A stretch of DNA of 64,000 nt from Vulcanimicrobiota bacterium. Lineage in GTDB: Bacteria; Vulcanimicrobiota; Vulcanimicrobiia; Vulcanimicrobiales; Vulcanimicrobiaceae. The stretch spans positions 800,001 through 864,000 of the forward strand of contig OY970223.1 in the NCBI GenBank assembly GCA_963714015.1, given 5' to 3'. Numbering within the stretch: the first letter of the stretch is position 1; the number at the start of each line of letters is the position of its first letter. The position numbers and the translations under genes are program-made. This document shows, in pieces, positions 50,734 to 61,660 of the stretch. The notes under the pieces are model-generated. The model saw nothing but the letters and a program-made list of their open reading frames with translations, was not told where the DNA came from and made no database searches.

Positions 50734-53230
50734 TTAATCCTGCGTCAATATAAGCAGTTTGCCCGCGTGCAGGCGGATCTCGCTCAGATTGTGACCAGCA
50801 CTCTTGCTGCCATTCCACGCTTGTCCGCGCCTAGGCAAATCGTCGAGCGTAGCTAGATCGTCGTAAAGTGCGCTCGTCTGCACGACGCTGCCCTTTTCGT
50901 CCAGGAGCGCGAAAGCGATCGGCGTGTTCAGGAACGCGCGCGCTAGGAGCGCATTTTCGTCTTCGACTATGGTCACGCGGCCGCGCGCCTCGCTGATCAA
51001 TCGCTCGAGCTCGCTACCGCGCGCGCCGAGTTCCTCGTTCGTGGTGTTCAGCTCCTCAACTGTGGCTTGCAGCTCCTCGTTGAGCGTTTCCAACTCTTCG
51101 CTCGTGGCCTGCATCTCCTCGTTCAGCGTCTCGACCTCTTCGGCGGACGCTTCCGCTTCTTCGGCGGCGATGAGCAGACGCTCATTCATGTTGCGCAGCT
51201 CGGCGTTACTGCCGGTCGAGCTCGTTGTTGGCTTCGACCAGCGAGCGCTGCCGCTCGAGCAATTCGGAATTCTGACGCATGACGCGGTCGACGGACGTTC
51301 GCGCGGCCGCCCACTCCTCTTCCAATTGCTTGCGGTGCATGGAAGCCTTGGTGACGTCTTCGACGAGCAAGATGAGGCCGGTTATGCGTGAGTCTCGACC
51401 GCCGTCCCGCTCCGGATAGTAGGAGACCTGCAGATAGCGCGTCTGGTCGAGGGCCGAGTCTTTGAAAAGCAGTTCGCCGCGACCGTCTTTCTGACTTCGA
51501 AAGGCGGCGTCCAGCGCCGACTTGAGTTCCTGCGAATCGACGTTCGAGGCCAGGTGGATGAGATCGTCGCCGATGGCCTGCCCGTGAATGTTCAGAAGCA
51601 TTCGCGCGGCTTGATTGATCGCTTGGATGTCGTAATTGGCGTCGACGAATACGACGCCGATGTTTGACTCGAAGAGAAATGAACCCAAGCGTTCGGCAAG
51701 TGAGGAACGCTGGAGGCTCTCGGAAGTGCGATTCGGTAAGGGCGGCTGGCGTCGCGGCGGATCGCGCCGGATAATCCGCTCGGGAAGTGAAACACCTTCC
51801 GTAAATGCGGGCGTGGAGATCAGCAGCCGTTCACCTTGGCGCTGGAAGACTTTGAGCGCCGGGTTAATCGTACCGAAGAATTGCGGGAGGGGGTTGGTCG
51901 TTTCGGCTTTCCCCAGAACCAGATATCCGCCGTTGCGCAGCGAGAAGGCGAAGAGCCGGAGCGTACGCTGTTGGAGCTCCTTCGTAAAGTACATCAGCAC
52001 GTTGCGGCAGACGATCAGATCGATCCGGGTAAACGGTGCGCGCTGACCCAGATCGTACTCACCGAAAACACCGAGATTGCGGATGCGTTTCTTGACCTGG
52101 TAGGCATCGTCGATGCGGGTGAAATGCTTTGCCAACAGATCCTGCGGCATGTCCCGGAAAGCGCTGGCCGGATAGACTCCCCGCCGTGCAAAGACGATGG
52201 ACTCGGCGTCGAGGTCGGTAGCGAATATACGGATGTTCAATGCGTCGAGTTGGTCGCCCAAAATCTCGGCGATCAGGATCGCTATCGAGTAGGCTTCTTC
52301 GCCCGTCGCGCAGCCGGCCGACCAGATTCGCAGCTCCTGGCCGGTGCGCCGCGCTTCTGCGATGATCTCTGGGAGTGCGCTATCACGCAGGTACTCGAAC
52401 AGCTCGGGGTCACGGAAGAAGCCGGTGACCTTGATTAAGAACGACGTGATGAGCCGCTGGTAGGCGCCCGGGTTAGCGTTCAGATACCGCGTGTATTCCG
52501 CAAGCGTAGAGCAGTGCGCCGCCGCCATCAAGCGCGAAAGACGCCGGATTATCGTCGGCATCTTGTATTGCGTGAAGTCGATCCCGCTGCGCACGCGCAA
52601 ATGCGTTAGAAACGCGCGAAGCGTATCGTCGTCGAGCTGCGCTGACGCGCCGCCGGCGTCCGCGATCGAGCCGAGCAGCTGGCCCATGTTGTCGATATCG
52701 CTGACCAGGTCCACATTTACCGACGCGATGGAAGCTGGAAGCCCCGGATAAGCCGCAGTCGCCGGATCCTGAATAACCACGGTGCCGCCGGCTTGCTTAA
52801 CGGCCTGCGCGCCGGAAGCGCCGTCGGAACCCGTACCGCTCAAAACGACTGCAACCGCGCGCTCACCGAATGCACGCGCGGCACTCGTGAAGAGCAAGTC
52901 GATGGACGGCAGCGGATGAACGCCTTTATCGGCCGGTGTTGTTGAAACCGAGCGGTCGGATATTTCGACGTGCTGTCCGGCGGGTACAACGTAAATCGTA
53001 CCAGCCTTGATAGCCGCCGAGTCGGCCACGCTTACGACTTCCATGGAGGTGCATCCCTGAAGGATGGGGGCCAGGCGGCTTACCCGAGACGGATCCAGGT
53101 GCTGCGCGACCACGATCGGCGCTTCGAACGTGGCCGGGAGCGACCCAATCAGACGCTCGAGCGCATCTATTCCGCCGGCTGAGGCGCCAATGACGAAAAG
53201 CAGATGCTCGTTGGAGCGTTCTTCGGGCAT
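50734..53230 (-). CDS. CheB-CheR fusion with PAS and coiled coil (frameshift near 51210)
   Basis: GASAGG, QHL, LSGTGSDG (CheB); GIDF..YK, WSAGCATGEEAYS, ATDLD, CRNVLMY (CheR); EELETLNEELQATVEEL coil. Confidence 0.9.
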
Positions 53231-53268
53231 CGCGTCACCTTCGGGTGTGCTATAGGAAAAACTTTCGG

Positions 53269-54252
53269 ATGGAAACATCGGCGCAGCGGCAGTTCGGAAT
53301 TGTCGTTATAGGCGGGTCTGCCGGCTCGCTCGAAGCCCTTCAACAAATCGTTGCGAATTTCCCGGACGACATTCCCGCGGCAGTCTTCGTAGTGACGCAT
53401 ATCCCGTCGGACACGGTTAGCGCGATGCCGCATTTGCTCAGCCGGCGGGGCGCGCTTTTCGCGACGCACGCAATCGATCGGGCGCCCATTAGTCCGGGGA
53501 AAATCATCGTGTGCCCGCCGGGCCATCATCTCGTTATCGAGCGCGACGTAATGCGCGTCGTGACCTGGGCTAAAGAGAACGGCTACCGGCCCTCGATCGA
53601 CGTGCTCTTCAGGAGCGCCGCCGAATCATACGGCAAAGCAACCTGCGCCGTATTACTTTCCGGCACGCTCGATGACGGAGTTGCAGGATTGCGCGCGGTT
53701 CGCGAGGCGGGAGGAGGAACGTTGGTGCAAGATCCGGCCGACGCCGCGTTCCCGGACATGCCTCGCAACGCTATTACGGCCAACGTCGCCGACCGCGCCC
53801 TACCCGCACCCGCGCTTGCTGAGGCTATCGTATCGTACGTCGAAACGGCGGTGGTCGAAGGCCGTGGCGGGCTCGTGCCTTTTGCGGCGCCGGACGAACG
53901 CCGCCAAGGCAAACCTTCCGTGTTTACGTGTCCCGACTGTAGCGGCACGCTTTGGGAGATGGAGGGGAAAGACTATCTGCGCTTCCGCTGCCGGACCGGC
54001 CATGCATATTCCGTCAACTCGATGATGGCCGTTCAGCGAGATGCGGTTGAGAGTTCGCTTTGGTCTGCGGTGCGGATCTTACAGGAACGCGGCGATCTGC
54101 TGCGCCGGCTTTCGCACCGGGCGCAGGCGCGCGGCGACTCCATCTCGGCCGATCGGTTCCAACGTCAGGCGCAGGAGCTGACCAACGACGAGATTGCGAT
54201 CCGTAACGCGCTGAGCGACGTCATCGCTCAGAGCCAGAGCTCGGCCGGGTGA
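53269..54252 (+). CDS. Stand-alone CheB methylesterase with C-terminal zinc-ribbon/helical domain
   Basis: GGSAGS, THI, RPSIDVLFRSAA, LSGTLDDG; FTCPDCSG.LWE...RFRCRTGH. Confidence 0.9.
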   Translation: METSAQRQFGIVVIGGSAGSLEALQQIVANFPDDIPAAVFVVTHIPSDTVSAMPHLLSRRGALFATHAIDRAPISPGKIIVCPPGHHLVIERDVMRVVTWAKENGYRPSIDVLFRSAAESYGKATCAVLLSGTLDDGVAGLRAVREAGGGTLVQDPADAAFPDMPRNAITANVADRALPAPALAEAIVSYVETAVVEGRGGLVPFAAPDERRQGKPSVFTCPDCSGTLWEMEGKDYLRFRCRTGHAYSVNSMMAVQRDAVESSLWSAVRILQERGDLLRRLSHRAQARGDSISADRFQRQAQELTNDEIAIRNALSDVIAQSQSSAG

Positions 54253-56465
54253 TCGCTGCAACGGCAATATCGACTGAGCCCGGCAGCGCGCTCGTGACCG
54301 CAGCCAGCGGATTAGGCGAAGATTCCTCGAGCTGCTTTTGAACGATCCGCACCAGCTCGGTCGATGCCAAACCAGCCTGCGACTCGTTTCCGTAAATCAA
54401 CGTCAACGTTCCCGGCCGCAGCCGCATGCGTCCAGTAAGCGCGTCCGTACGTTTTTGCGGGAGCGCAGCCGGGCCTCGACGGCCGATCTGCAGCGGCGCC
54501 GGAAACCCCAAGGCTGCGAACGTCAATCGCGACTGAGGGCCCGAGACGACTCCCGCAAATGCGGCGCGCAGTTCGATGCCCGCATTTGCTACGACCGCGC
54601 GCAAAAGGTCAACCTCGAGTTCGTCGCCGTGTTCGGCGGCGAGCGCGATCTCGTGCAGCATAGTTTCCGCGATTTCGAGTGATTCGTGGGGATCCGGCGC
54701 ATCCGCGGCGACAACGCCCACGCACTGATCCGCGCCGCCGATCGGGGACATCCGTATGGAGCACGTGGAGGCGTTTCCGCGATAGGAGTCGATCCGGCAG
54801 TCGCGCACCATCAGGTGCATCCAATGCGGCGCTTCCGAGAACACGCGCGTTTCCGCGCGGGAAAGACGCAACTGTAGAATGCTGAATGCGCGCGATGCGG
54901 ACTCGCACAAGGAGAGCATCGCTTCGAACTCCGCTTCGCTCAGTTGCCGCCGGCGGGTAAGCACGAGCATGTTCCCGACGACTCGCCCGGACTCCATTAT
55001 CGGAATGGACGCACCGGAAACGGGCGATAACGCGGCGAGGCCGTTTCGAGCCGTCTCGTCGTCGGTAATTTCGGAGTAAAAATCCTCGTCGATTTGGGAA
55101 CGCACGATTGCGCGGCCATCCAGGAACGTCGTCGGCACCACGTCGATCGCCGGCTTTTCAGATTCCGGCCGGTGCGCGCTGTAAAGATTTCCGGATGAAT
55201 CGAACATCTGCACGACGCAGCGGTCGGCTCCGATTTCGCACGCAGAGCGGCATACGGCGCGGGCGAGTTCCATGCCGTCCGCACATTGCACCAGTTGGGG
55301 CCAAAAGAATCCGACGGTAGAAACGAGCGATTGCCGGCGGCGTTTGGGAATGAGCCGAATCGTTTCTTTGATGACACGAAAGATCTCGTCGCGGGAGGCG
55401 GTTTGGGGAACGCGGCCGTCGACGAGCAGGTCGAGCTCCGCGTCGTCCTGTTCTCCGCCGAAGTAGATGATTGCGGCATGAGACGTTCCGGTTGCGTGCC
55501 GGATGGCCCGCAGGGCAGCGAGCGGCTTCATCGAGCCGGTACTGTCGAGCAGAACGACGTCGACGCGGCGCGCTTCCAGCAGCCCCCAAAGGTCGCCCAG
55601 GTTAGATGCCTTCGTGACCTGCCAGCCCCTGCGCGCGATCATTTCTTGCAGCGTCCGGCGCAATGCGGCGTCGCTGATGTGCAGCACGATGTCCGGAGCG
55701 GCCGGGAGCGGCGCGAATTTGATCGAGTCTACGTTGAATTGCCGCACCGCCGCTGCCGGATCGGCCGATGCGACCGCCAGCCCTTCTATCGTCCGGATCA
55801 GCAGATTCTCGTCACGCTGCAGCGGAGGATTTTGTCTGAGGGTCGCAACGACCACATAACGTTCACCGCTTGATAGGACGAACGGAACGGCGAGGCCGCG
55901 TCCTCCGCCGGCCGGATGCTTTACGACGCAGGCGCGACGGCGCGCGAAGAGCCGGTGGAGGGGCCATCGCTGCCAGTCTGCGTGTGTCTTCAAAAGGACC
56001 GCCGATGGCGCGCACCAGGACAAACGCTCCCGCGCTTCGCGAGAGAAAGAGCGCGCACGACGTAAACAGCTGCGGGCGAATGTCGTAAAGCATTTGCGCG
56101 AAGGACTGAACGTCGGCGACGGTAGCGTCGCGAGGATTTGCGCTGCGGACAATTGCCGGAAGCGCGTCGAACGTGCCTGTGCGGCTCCCTGCGCCGAGCT
56201 CAACGTAGACTGCGCGTTCCCCTGAAAATTGGAGCGGCGTGAACGTCCAGTTCGCTTCGCCGATTTGAACCGCAGAAGGTTGACCGTCTTCGTATGCGCG
56301 TTCTACCCTCAGATTGACGGCAGCGGGAAGTTCGCGCGGAAAAAGTGCGCGAAACGCTTCATTCGCGGCGATCGCCAGCGGCTGCCAGATACAACGCGGA
56401 GCGGCGCTGTCGAGCAACTGTTCGGCGAACGCCCGAAGCGGACTTAGGAGCGCCGGCGAAGACAT
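54221..56465 (-). CDS. Multidomain regulator: REC + GAF + degenerate SpoIIE/PP2C-like domain (frameshift near 55950)
   Basis: ORF 55863-56465 joins 54221-56203; DVVLLD receiver strand, SIPI..SGRVVG GAF strand, LTFAALGFPAPL and L.PG.LTLIYG SpoIIE-like motifs. Confidence 0.6.
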
Positions 56466-56710
56466 GCCCCGTTTTGACGCAGAAATGCACCCAAGCGTTC
56501 CTGCGACACTCGGCGGAAGAGCTGACGTAAGGCAATCTCTATAACGGAACTTTCGCTAACCCGGTGTTCGTAAGCGATTCGTTTGAGCTCGCTGCCGAGG
56601 TCGGAAGACAAATTCACGGAAAACTTCAGAGCGTTTGCCGAGTTGCCCACCTCCGCCGCGAGTTGGCGTGGGTTGGGAGCGGGGTGAAGTGCGGTCGAAG
56701 AATGTGCCAT
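56444..56710 (-). CDS. Ribbon-helix-helix DNA-binding protein
   Basis: KFSVNLS..L..ELKRIAYEHRVSESSVIEIALRQL pattern. Confidence 0.7.
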   Translation of the reverse strand: MAHSSTALHPAPNPRQLAAEVGNSANALKFSVNLSSDLGSELKRIAYEHRVSESSVIEIALRQLFRRVSQERLGAFLRQNGACLRRRS

Positions 56711-56882
56711 AGCAAGTATTATTGCATATCATCAGTCGTGCGTACTGCCGGCGCGGCGCGTTCGCCGCAAAATTTTTCCCGGCGAGAATGCAAGCGGTGC
56801 CGCCAACCAGCGGGCCGGTCGGCTGGAGCGGTAATCCTAAGTAGCATTAAGAGGCCGCTCCGCACGAGGAGAAAGGATCCGA

Positions 56883-57335
56883 ATGTATCAGGTCATCGTT
56901 TTCATTCACGTGCTTTCGGCAATCGTCGCGGTCGGATACAACGCGACGTACGTGGTATGGCTCACCCGCGGCGGCATGGAGCGCGCTCACCTGCTCTTTG
57001 CACTGCGAACGATCCGCTTCATGGACGCCAAGATCGCCAATCCCGCCTACGGGCTGCTGTTGGTAACGGGGGTCGCGCAAGTGATGCTTTCGCACCGCTC
57101 GTGGCATGAAGCGTGGATCGAATGGGCGATCGTCCTGTGGATCGTGCTTGCCGCTGTTGCCTACGGCGCCTATACGCCGGCGCTGAAGCGTCAAATCGCA
57201 ATCGTCGAAGGAGGTGACGTTTCGGGAGAACAGTATGCGGCTGCGAACCGGCGCGCGACGGCAATCGGTGCTTCGTTGATGGTTCTTGCGCTCGCTATTC
57301 TCGGGCTGATGGTATTCCGCCCCGGCGGAGCTTGA
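56883..57335 (+). CDS. DUF2269 family membrane protein
   Basis: FIHVLSAIVAVG, LLLVTG, LMVFRP; four TMs. Confidence 0.85.
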   Translation: MYQVIVFIHVLSAIVAVGYNATYVVWLTRGGMERAHLLFALRTIRFMDAKIANPAYGLLLVTGVAQVMLSHRSWHEAWIEWAIVLWIVLAAVAYGAYTPALKRQIAIVEGGDVSGEQYAAANRRATAIGASLMVLALAILGLMVFRPGGA

Positions 57336-57342
57336 CGCGCCG

Positions 57343-58242
57343 ATGCGCGTACTGCTGATCGTCAACGAAAAGTCGCGAAAGGGCGGCCGTGAGGGCGCAC
57401 TCGTCTGCAGCACGCTCGAAGACCTCGGGATTGACTGCTCGCAGGATGCCTCGGCGGAGAACGTTGATGCGGTAGTGGCGGCCGGCGGCGACGGTACGGT
57501 GATCTCCACGCTTCCAATTGCGATAGAGCGGGGCGTCCCCCTCGGCGTCGTGCCGCTCGGAACGTTCAACGACCTTGCTCGAACGCTCGGGATTCCACTG
57601 GACGTTCGGGGAGCGTGCGAAACGATCGCGGCAGGGGCCGTGCATGAAATCGACGCCGGCCGCGTCAACGGGTCGTATTTCGTGAACGAAGCGAGCGTCG
57701 GACTCTCAACGCGCATCGCGCGGCGCCAGACTCCGCAAGTCAAGCAGCGCTTTGGTTTGTTGGGAGTCGCTGCGACCGCGCTGCAAAGCCTGCGCGCCGC
57801 ACGTTTCTTTACGGTAACGTTGACGTATGGCGATGGTGCGGTCGAGCGGTTCCGGACGATACAGCTCACCGTTGCCAACAATGCGCGATTCGGCGGCATT
57901 ATGGAAAGGCCCGGCGCTTCGATCGACGACGGCTGGCTCGACCTTTACTCGATAGAGCCGCGCAACTGGCTGCAAGCAGTGCGCGTGGCCGGAAAAATTC
58001 TCGCGCGCGATCCAGACTCCGGCGAAGGTTTGCGGACCCGGCGCGCAGCGAGGTTTGACGTTTCTACAAACCACCGGCATCACGTCGCAGCCGACGGAGA
58101 AGCGGCCGGTTTTACGCCGGCCGTCTTTGAAATCGTTCCGAAGGCGGTCCGCGTCTTTGTGCCTAAGGCGGCCGGATGCGCTACAGAACCCTCGGACATT
58201 CCGGACTCAAAGTTTCAACCGTCGGACTCGGTTCCTGGCTGA
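57343..58242 (+). CDS. Diacylglycerol/lipid kinase family (YegS/BmrU)
   Basis: IVNEKSR.G, AGGDGT, PLGTFNDLAR, FVNEASVG, DDGWLD, ADGE; 3' end overlaps next gene. Confidence 0.9.
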   Translation: MRVLLIVNEKSRKGGREGALVCSTLEDLGIDCSQDASAENVDAVVAAGGDGTVISTLPIAIERGVPLGVVPLGTFNDLARTLGIPLDVRGACETIAAGAVHEIDAGRVNGSYFVNEASVGLSTRIARRQTPQVKQRFGLLGVAATALQSLRAARFFTVTLTYGDGAVERFRTIQLTVANNARFGGIMERPGASIDDGWLDLYSIEPRNWLQAVRVAGKILARDPDSGEGLRTRRAARFDVSTNHRHHVAADGEAAGFTPAVFEIVPKAVRVFVPKAAGCATEPSDIPDSKFQPSDSVPG

Positions 58243-59150
58243 CGTACGGCGGAAACGTCGGAGCGGACACGGCCCGTGCATGCGTGCTGCGCGCATGGGA
58301 GAAGGGCGTCAACTTCATCGACACCGCAAACGTGTACGCGCGCGGTGCAGCCGAAGAAGTCCTTGGACCGATCTTGCGGGAGCTGAACCGCGACGCGCTG
58401 GTTCTGGCCACGAAGGTGTACTTTCCGATGGGCGACACGGTGAACGAACACGGCCTCTCGCGTAAGCACATCCGCGACCAAGTGCATCATTCGCTGCGGC
58501 GCTTGAAAGTCGACTACATCGATCTCTATCAATGCCACCGCTTCGATCAGACGACGCCGATTGAAGAGACGTGTGAGATGATGAACGATCTCGTTCGATC
58601 GGGATGGATTCTCTACTGGGGCGTTTCGGAATGGAACGCGGATCAAATCTCGTCCGCGGTAACGCTGTGCCGCGCCCGCGGCTGGGCAGCACCGATCAGC
58701 AACCAGCCTCAGTACAGCGCGCTTTGGCGCCGCATCGAGCAGCGCGTACTGCCCACTTGCGAGGCGTACGGTGTAGGGAACGTCGTGTGGTCGCCGCTGG
58801 CTATGGGAATCTTAACCGGGAAATACACGGATGCGAAAAACCCGCCGCCCGGCACTCGCGCGGCCGGTTCGAACCGTGACATGATGGAGGACTACTTCAC
58901 CCAGCCCGTACTGGATGCCGTGGCGCAGTTGCGGCCGCTTGCCGAGAGCGCCGGTTGTACGCTCGCGCAACTCGCGCTTGCATGGTGCTTGCGCCGGCCT
59001 GCGGTCAGCAGCGTAATCGTCGGCGCGACAAAAGCACAGCACGTCGACGATAACGTCGGTGCCGCGGATCTGGCCGTCGATGCCGCAATCTTCGCACAGA
59101 TGGATCGTATGTTGGAGCCGGTCGCCCCGAGCGAACCGTATCTCAGTTAA
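58176..59150 (+). CDS. Aldo/keto reductase (Kv-beta-like)
   Basis: YR.LG.SGLKVS..GLG, IDTANVY, LATK, DYIDLYQCH, WSPLA.G.LTGKY. Confidence 0.93.
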   Translation: MRYRTLGHSGLKVSTVGLGSWLTYGGNVGADTARACVLRAWEKGVNFIDTANVYARGAAEEVLGPILRELNRDALVLATKVYFPMGDTVNEHGLSRKHIRDQVHHSLRRLKVDYIDLYQCHRFDQTTPIEETCEMMNDLVRSGWILYWGVSEWNADQISSAVTLCRARGWAAPISNQPQYSALWRRIEQRVLPTCEAYGVGNVVWSPLAMGILTGKYTDAKNPPPGTRAAGSNRDMMEDYFTQPVLDAVAQLRPLAESAGCTLAQLALAWCLRRPAVSSVIVGATKAQHVDDNVGAADLAVDAAIFAQMDRMLEPVAPSEPYLS

Positions 59151-59310
59151 AAGCGCCTTAAAAAAGATTTGGGCTGACGATGGTGGAGGCATCGTCAGCC
59201 CTTCTTGCTGCACTCTACGAGGTTGGAGTCGAACGGGTTACTGACGTGGAGGACAACAGCCCGTTTTCCATCTCGCATGACTATCATGCGGATGAAACCT
59301 TAAATGCGCC

Positions 59311-59481
59311 TTAATTCCAGTTTTTCAGCAGATTACCAACGCCTGAGACTTTTGGGCCCCAGCCGCTGAACGACGCCGTATCCGGCGTGTTCGACATGAC
59401 GCGCGCGATCGTAATCGTCGGACGCGTGTCGGCATCTGTCTGGGTCGTTATAGGCGCTTGCGCTTTCCTAGCGGTTTTCAC
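59311..59481 (-). CDS. Small hypothetical peptide (56 aa)
   Basis: TAAAGGA RBS then GTG; (M)KTARKAQAPITTQTDADTRPTITIARVMSNTPDTASFSGWGPKVSGVGNLLKNWN. Confidence 0.4.
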   Translation of the reverse strand: MKTARKAQAPITTQTDADTRPTITIARVMSNTPDTASFSGWGPKVSGVGNLLKNWN

Positions 59482-59803
59482 AATTGAATCCTTTATGAGT
59501 TCGGGAACGCACACCGCGTGTTCCATTCCGTACTGTACATCCGCTTCTACTGCGCGCCTACAACTTTTGTTTCATGCGATTTTGTCGCAGAACGCGCGAT
59601 GCGATTTCGTTGTGACGGTTTGAACTATTTCGTTGTTCGAGGTGTTATACGTTCACAGAAGACTCGTTCGAATCGTTATCGACTCTTGGCGGGGTGCGGA
59701 ACATCGGCCGCGTGGCAGCGTATAACGGAAGGAACCGCTGTTCCGGGCGCGGCGGGGCCCGGCGGCGGAGCCCGAGAACCGCACATGGGGAAGGAACGCG
59801 CTG

Positions 59804-61195
59804 ATGACCATTTATCGATTCGGCCCATTCCGGCTCGAGAAGGAGCCGTTGCTCCTGCGGGTCGGCGAAAGCACCCTGCCGCTGGGTCCCAAGGTCGTCG
59901 AAACATTGCTCGCGCTCATCGAACGTCCCGGCCAGGTCCTCTCCAAAGCGGACCTGCTGGCGCGAGTATGGCCCGAGGGGTACGTCGAGGAAGCGAACCT
60001 CGCGCAGAATATCTACGTCATTCGCAAGGCGCTGCGTTCGCACTGGGGTCAGTGTCCGATCGAAACCGTTCCGAGGCGCGGTTACCGTTTCTCGGCCCCG
60101 GTTACCACCGGCGACCTGGCCGCCCCGGCGCCGCGCAATCGCAGCCGGCTCTGGATGGGCGCCGGCGCAGCCGCGGTCTTTGCGTTGGCGGTCGCAGCGG
60201 GAAGCATCGGCGTGGCAAACTCTCGCGCATCTACGACCGCCAGCTTGTCCGAACCGGGCGCGCGGCTGTACTCCATGGGCAAGTTCTATTGGAATCAGCG
60301 CACAGCTTCTAGCGTCGTCAAGAGCGTTCGGTACTTCCAGGAAGTGATTCAAAGCGATCCTCATGACGCTCTCGGCTATGCGGGACTGGCGTCGGCATAT
60401 GCCATCGAGGGCGACTATCATTTCGGACCGCTGTCGAAGCCCCAAGCGTTTGCCCTCGCGTCCGATTACGCGCGCAAGGCGCTGAGCATCGACCCGCGGT
60501 CGGCCGAAGCGATGGCGGACATCGGTTTGGCGCAAGTGGACGCGGGCCACGAATCTGCCGGAGAGCTGTGGTTCCGGCGTGCCATTGCCGCCAACAACAG
60601 CTACGCGCCGGCGCATCAGTGGTACGGGATGTCGCTGCTGCAGCGCGGCAACGGCGCGGCCGCTTACCGGGAACTGCAGCGAGCCGCGAACTTGGATCCG
60701 GAGTCCGTTGCAGCGACGGACTGGCTCTCGCAAGCTGCTTACTTGTCACGACGCTATCGCGATGCCGTCAGCTACGCGCGTCAGACCCTGGATCTTTCAT
60801 CGCAGCGGTACGACGCTTACGGCACGATGGGGATGGCCTACGAGGCGCTCGGCGATTACCATAAAGCAATCGTTTCGTACGAAATCTTCGCGCGCAGTTG
60901 CGCCGCGTGTCAAGGCGAAGCGGCGGCACTGATGGCCCACGCGTACGCGGCGATTCACGATGATTCGGCGGCTGAAGCAGAGCTCAGCAAAGCTCGCGCT
61001 GCGATGGCCATGCAGATGGTCGATCCCGAGGACCTCGTCACGGCGCTGGTGGCGATGGGACGGCGCACCGAAGCGCTCAAGATGCTCGAAGACCATAAGC
61101 GGGCGCTCTTTCCCGGAGCGCTTGCGATCGATCCGCGAATGGATCCCGTACGGGACGACAAGCGTTTCCGCCTCTTCATCAAGGGTCCGGGCTAA
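59804..61195 (+). CDS. CadC/OmpR-type wHTH + TM + TPR transcriptional regulator
   Basis: YRFGPFRL, L..RPGQVLSK..L...VWP...VEE.NL.QNI..IRKAL, IETVPRRGYRF; one TM; TPR repeats. Confidence 0.9.
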   Translation: MTIYRFGPFRLEKEPLLLRVGESTLPLGPKVVETLLALIERPGQVLSKADLLARVWPEGYVEEANLAQNIYVIRKALRSHWGQCPIETVPRRGYRFSAPVTTGDLAAPAPRNRSRLWMGAGAAAVFALAVAAGSIGVANSRASTTASLSEPGARLYSMGKFYWNQRTASSVVKSVRYFQEVIQSDPHDALGYAGLASAYAIEGDYHFGPLSKPQAFALASDYARKALSIDPRSAEAMADIGLAQVDAGHESAGELWFRRAIAANNSYAPAHQWYGMSLLQRGNGAAAYRELQRAANLDPESVAATDWLSQAAYLSRRYRDAVSYARQTLDLSSQRYDAYGTMGMAYEALGDYHKAIVSYEIFARSCAACQGEAAALMAHAYAAIHDDSAAEAELSKARAAMAMQMVDPEDLVTALVAMGRRTEALKMLEDHKRALFPGALAIDPRMDPVRDDKRFRLFIKGPG

Positions 61196-61207
61196 GCGCT
61201 CGAATTC

Positions 61208-61660
61208 GTGACGGCGCGCTACTTGCAGGCCGCGCTCTCGGCACGGCCGCAGATCGCCGCTAGTCTGGAGCAGCATGAGCGTGCCGTAATGGAGACCGGC
61301 GACGTGCATCCCGTCACCAAGGAACTCTGCGCCGCCCTTTGTGCCGCCGTAAACTTTTGCACGCCGCTGTTGGTGGAGCACCGCGCGCGAGCGCGCGAAA
61401 TGGGCGTCAGCGTTGCGAAGTTGAACGATCTTTGGGAATTTGCGCGCAGCGCCGAGTACTCGAAGGAGGAACGCGCCGCCCTCGCAGCGGCGGTGGCGCT
61501 TTCGCGAGAACCTCGCGCGCTGCCGGCGGTCGTGTGGGAACAGTTGTGCGATGCGTACGACGAACCTTCGATTAGCGAGATTCTCTGCGTTATCGGCTGC
61601 GTCAATTACACTGCCCGGCTCGTGAACGCACTCGACAGCAAGCCGCGCGAACCGTCATGA
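61208..61660 (+). CDS. Carboxymuconolactone decarboxylase/AhpD family protein
   Basis: KELCA...AAVNFC.....H, YS.EERAALA pattern. Confidence 0.75.
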   Translation: MTARYLQAALSARPQIAASLEQHERAVMETGDVHPVTKELCAALCAAVNFCTPLLVEHRARAREMGVSVAKLNDLWEFARSAEYSKEERAALAAAVALSREPRALPAVVWEQLCDAYDEPSISEILCVIGCVNYTARLVNALDSKPREPS

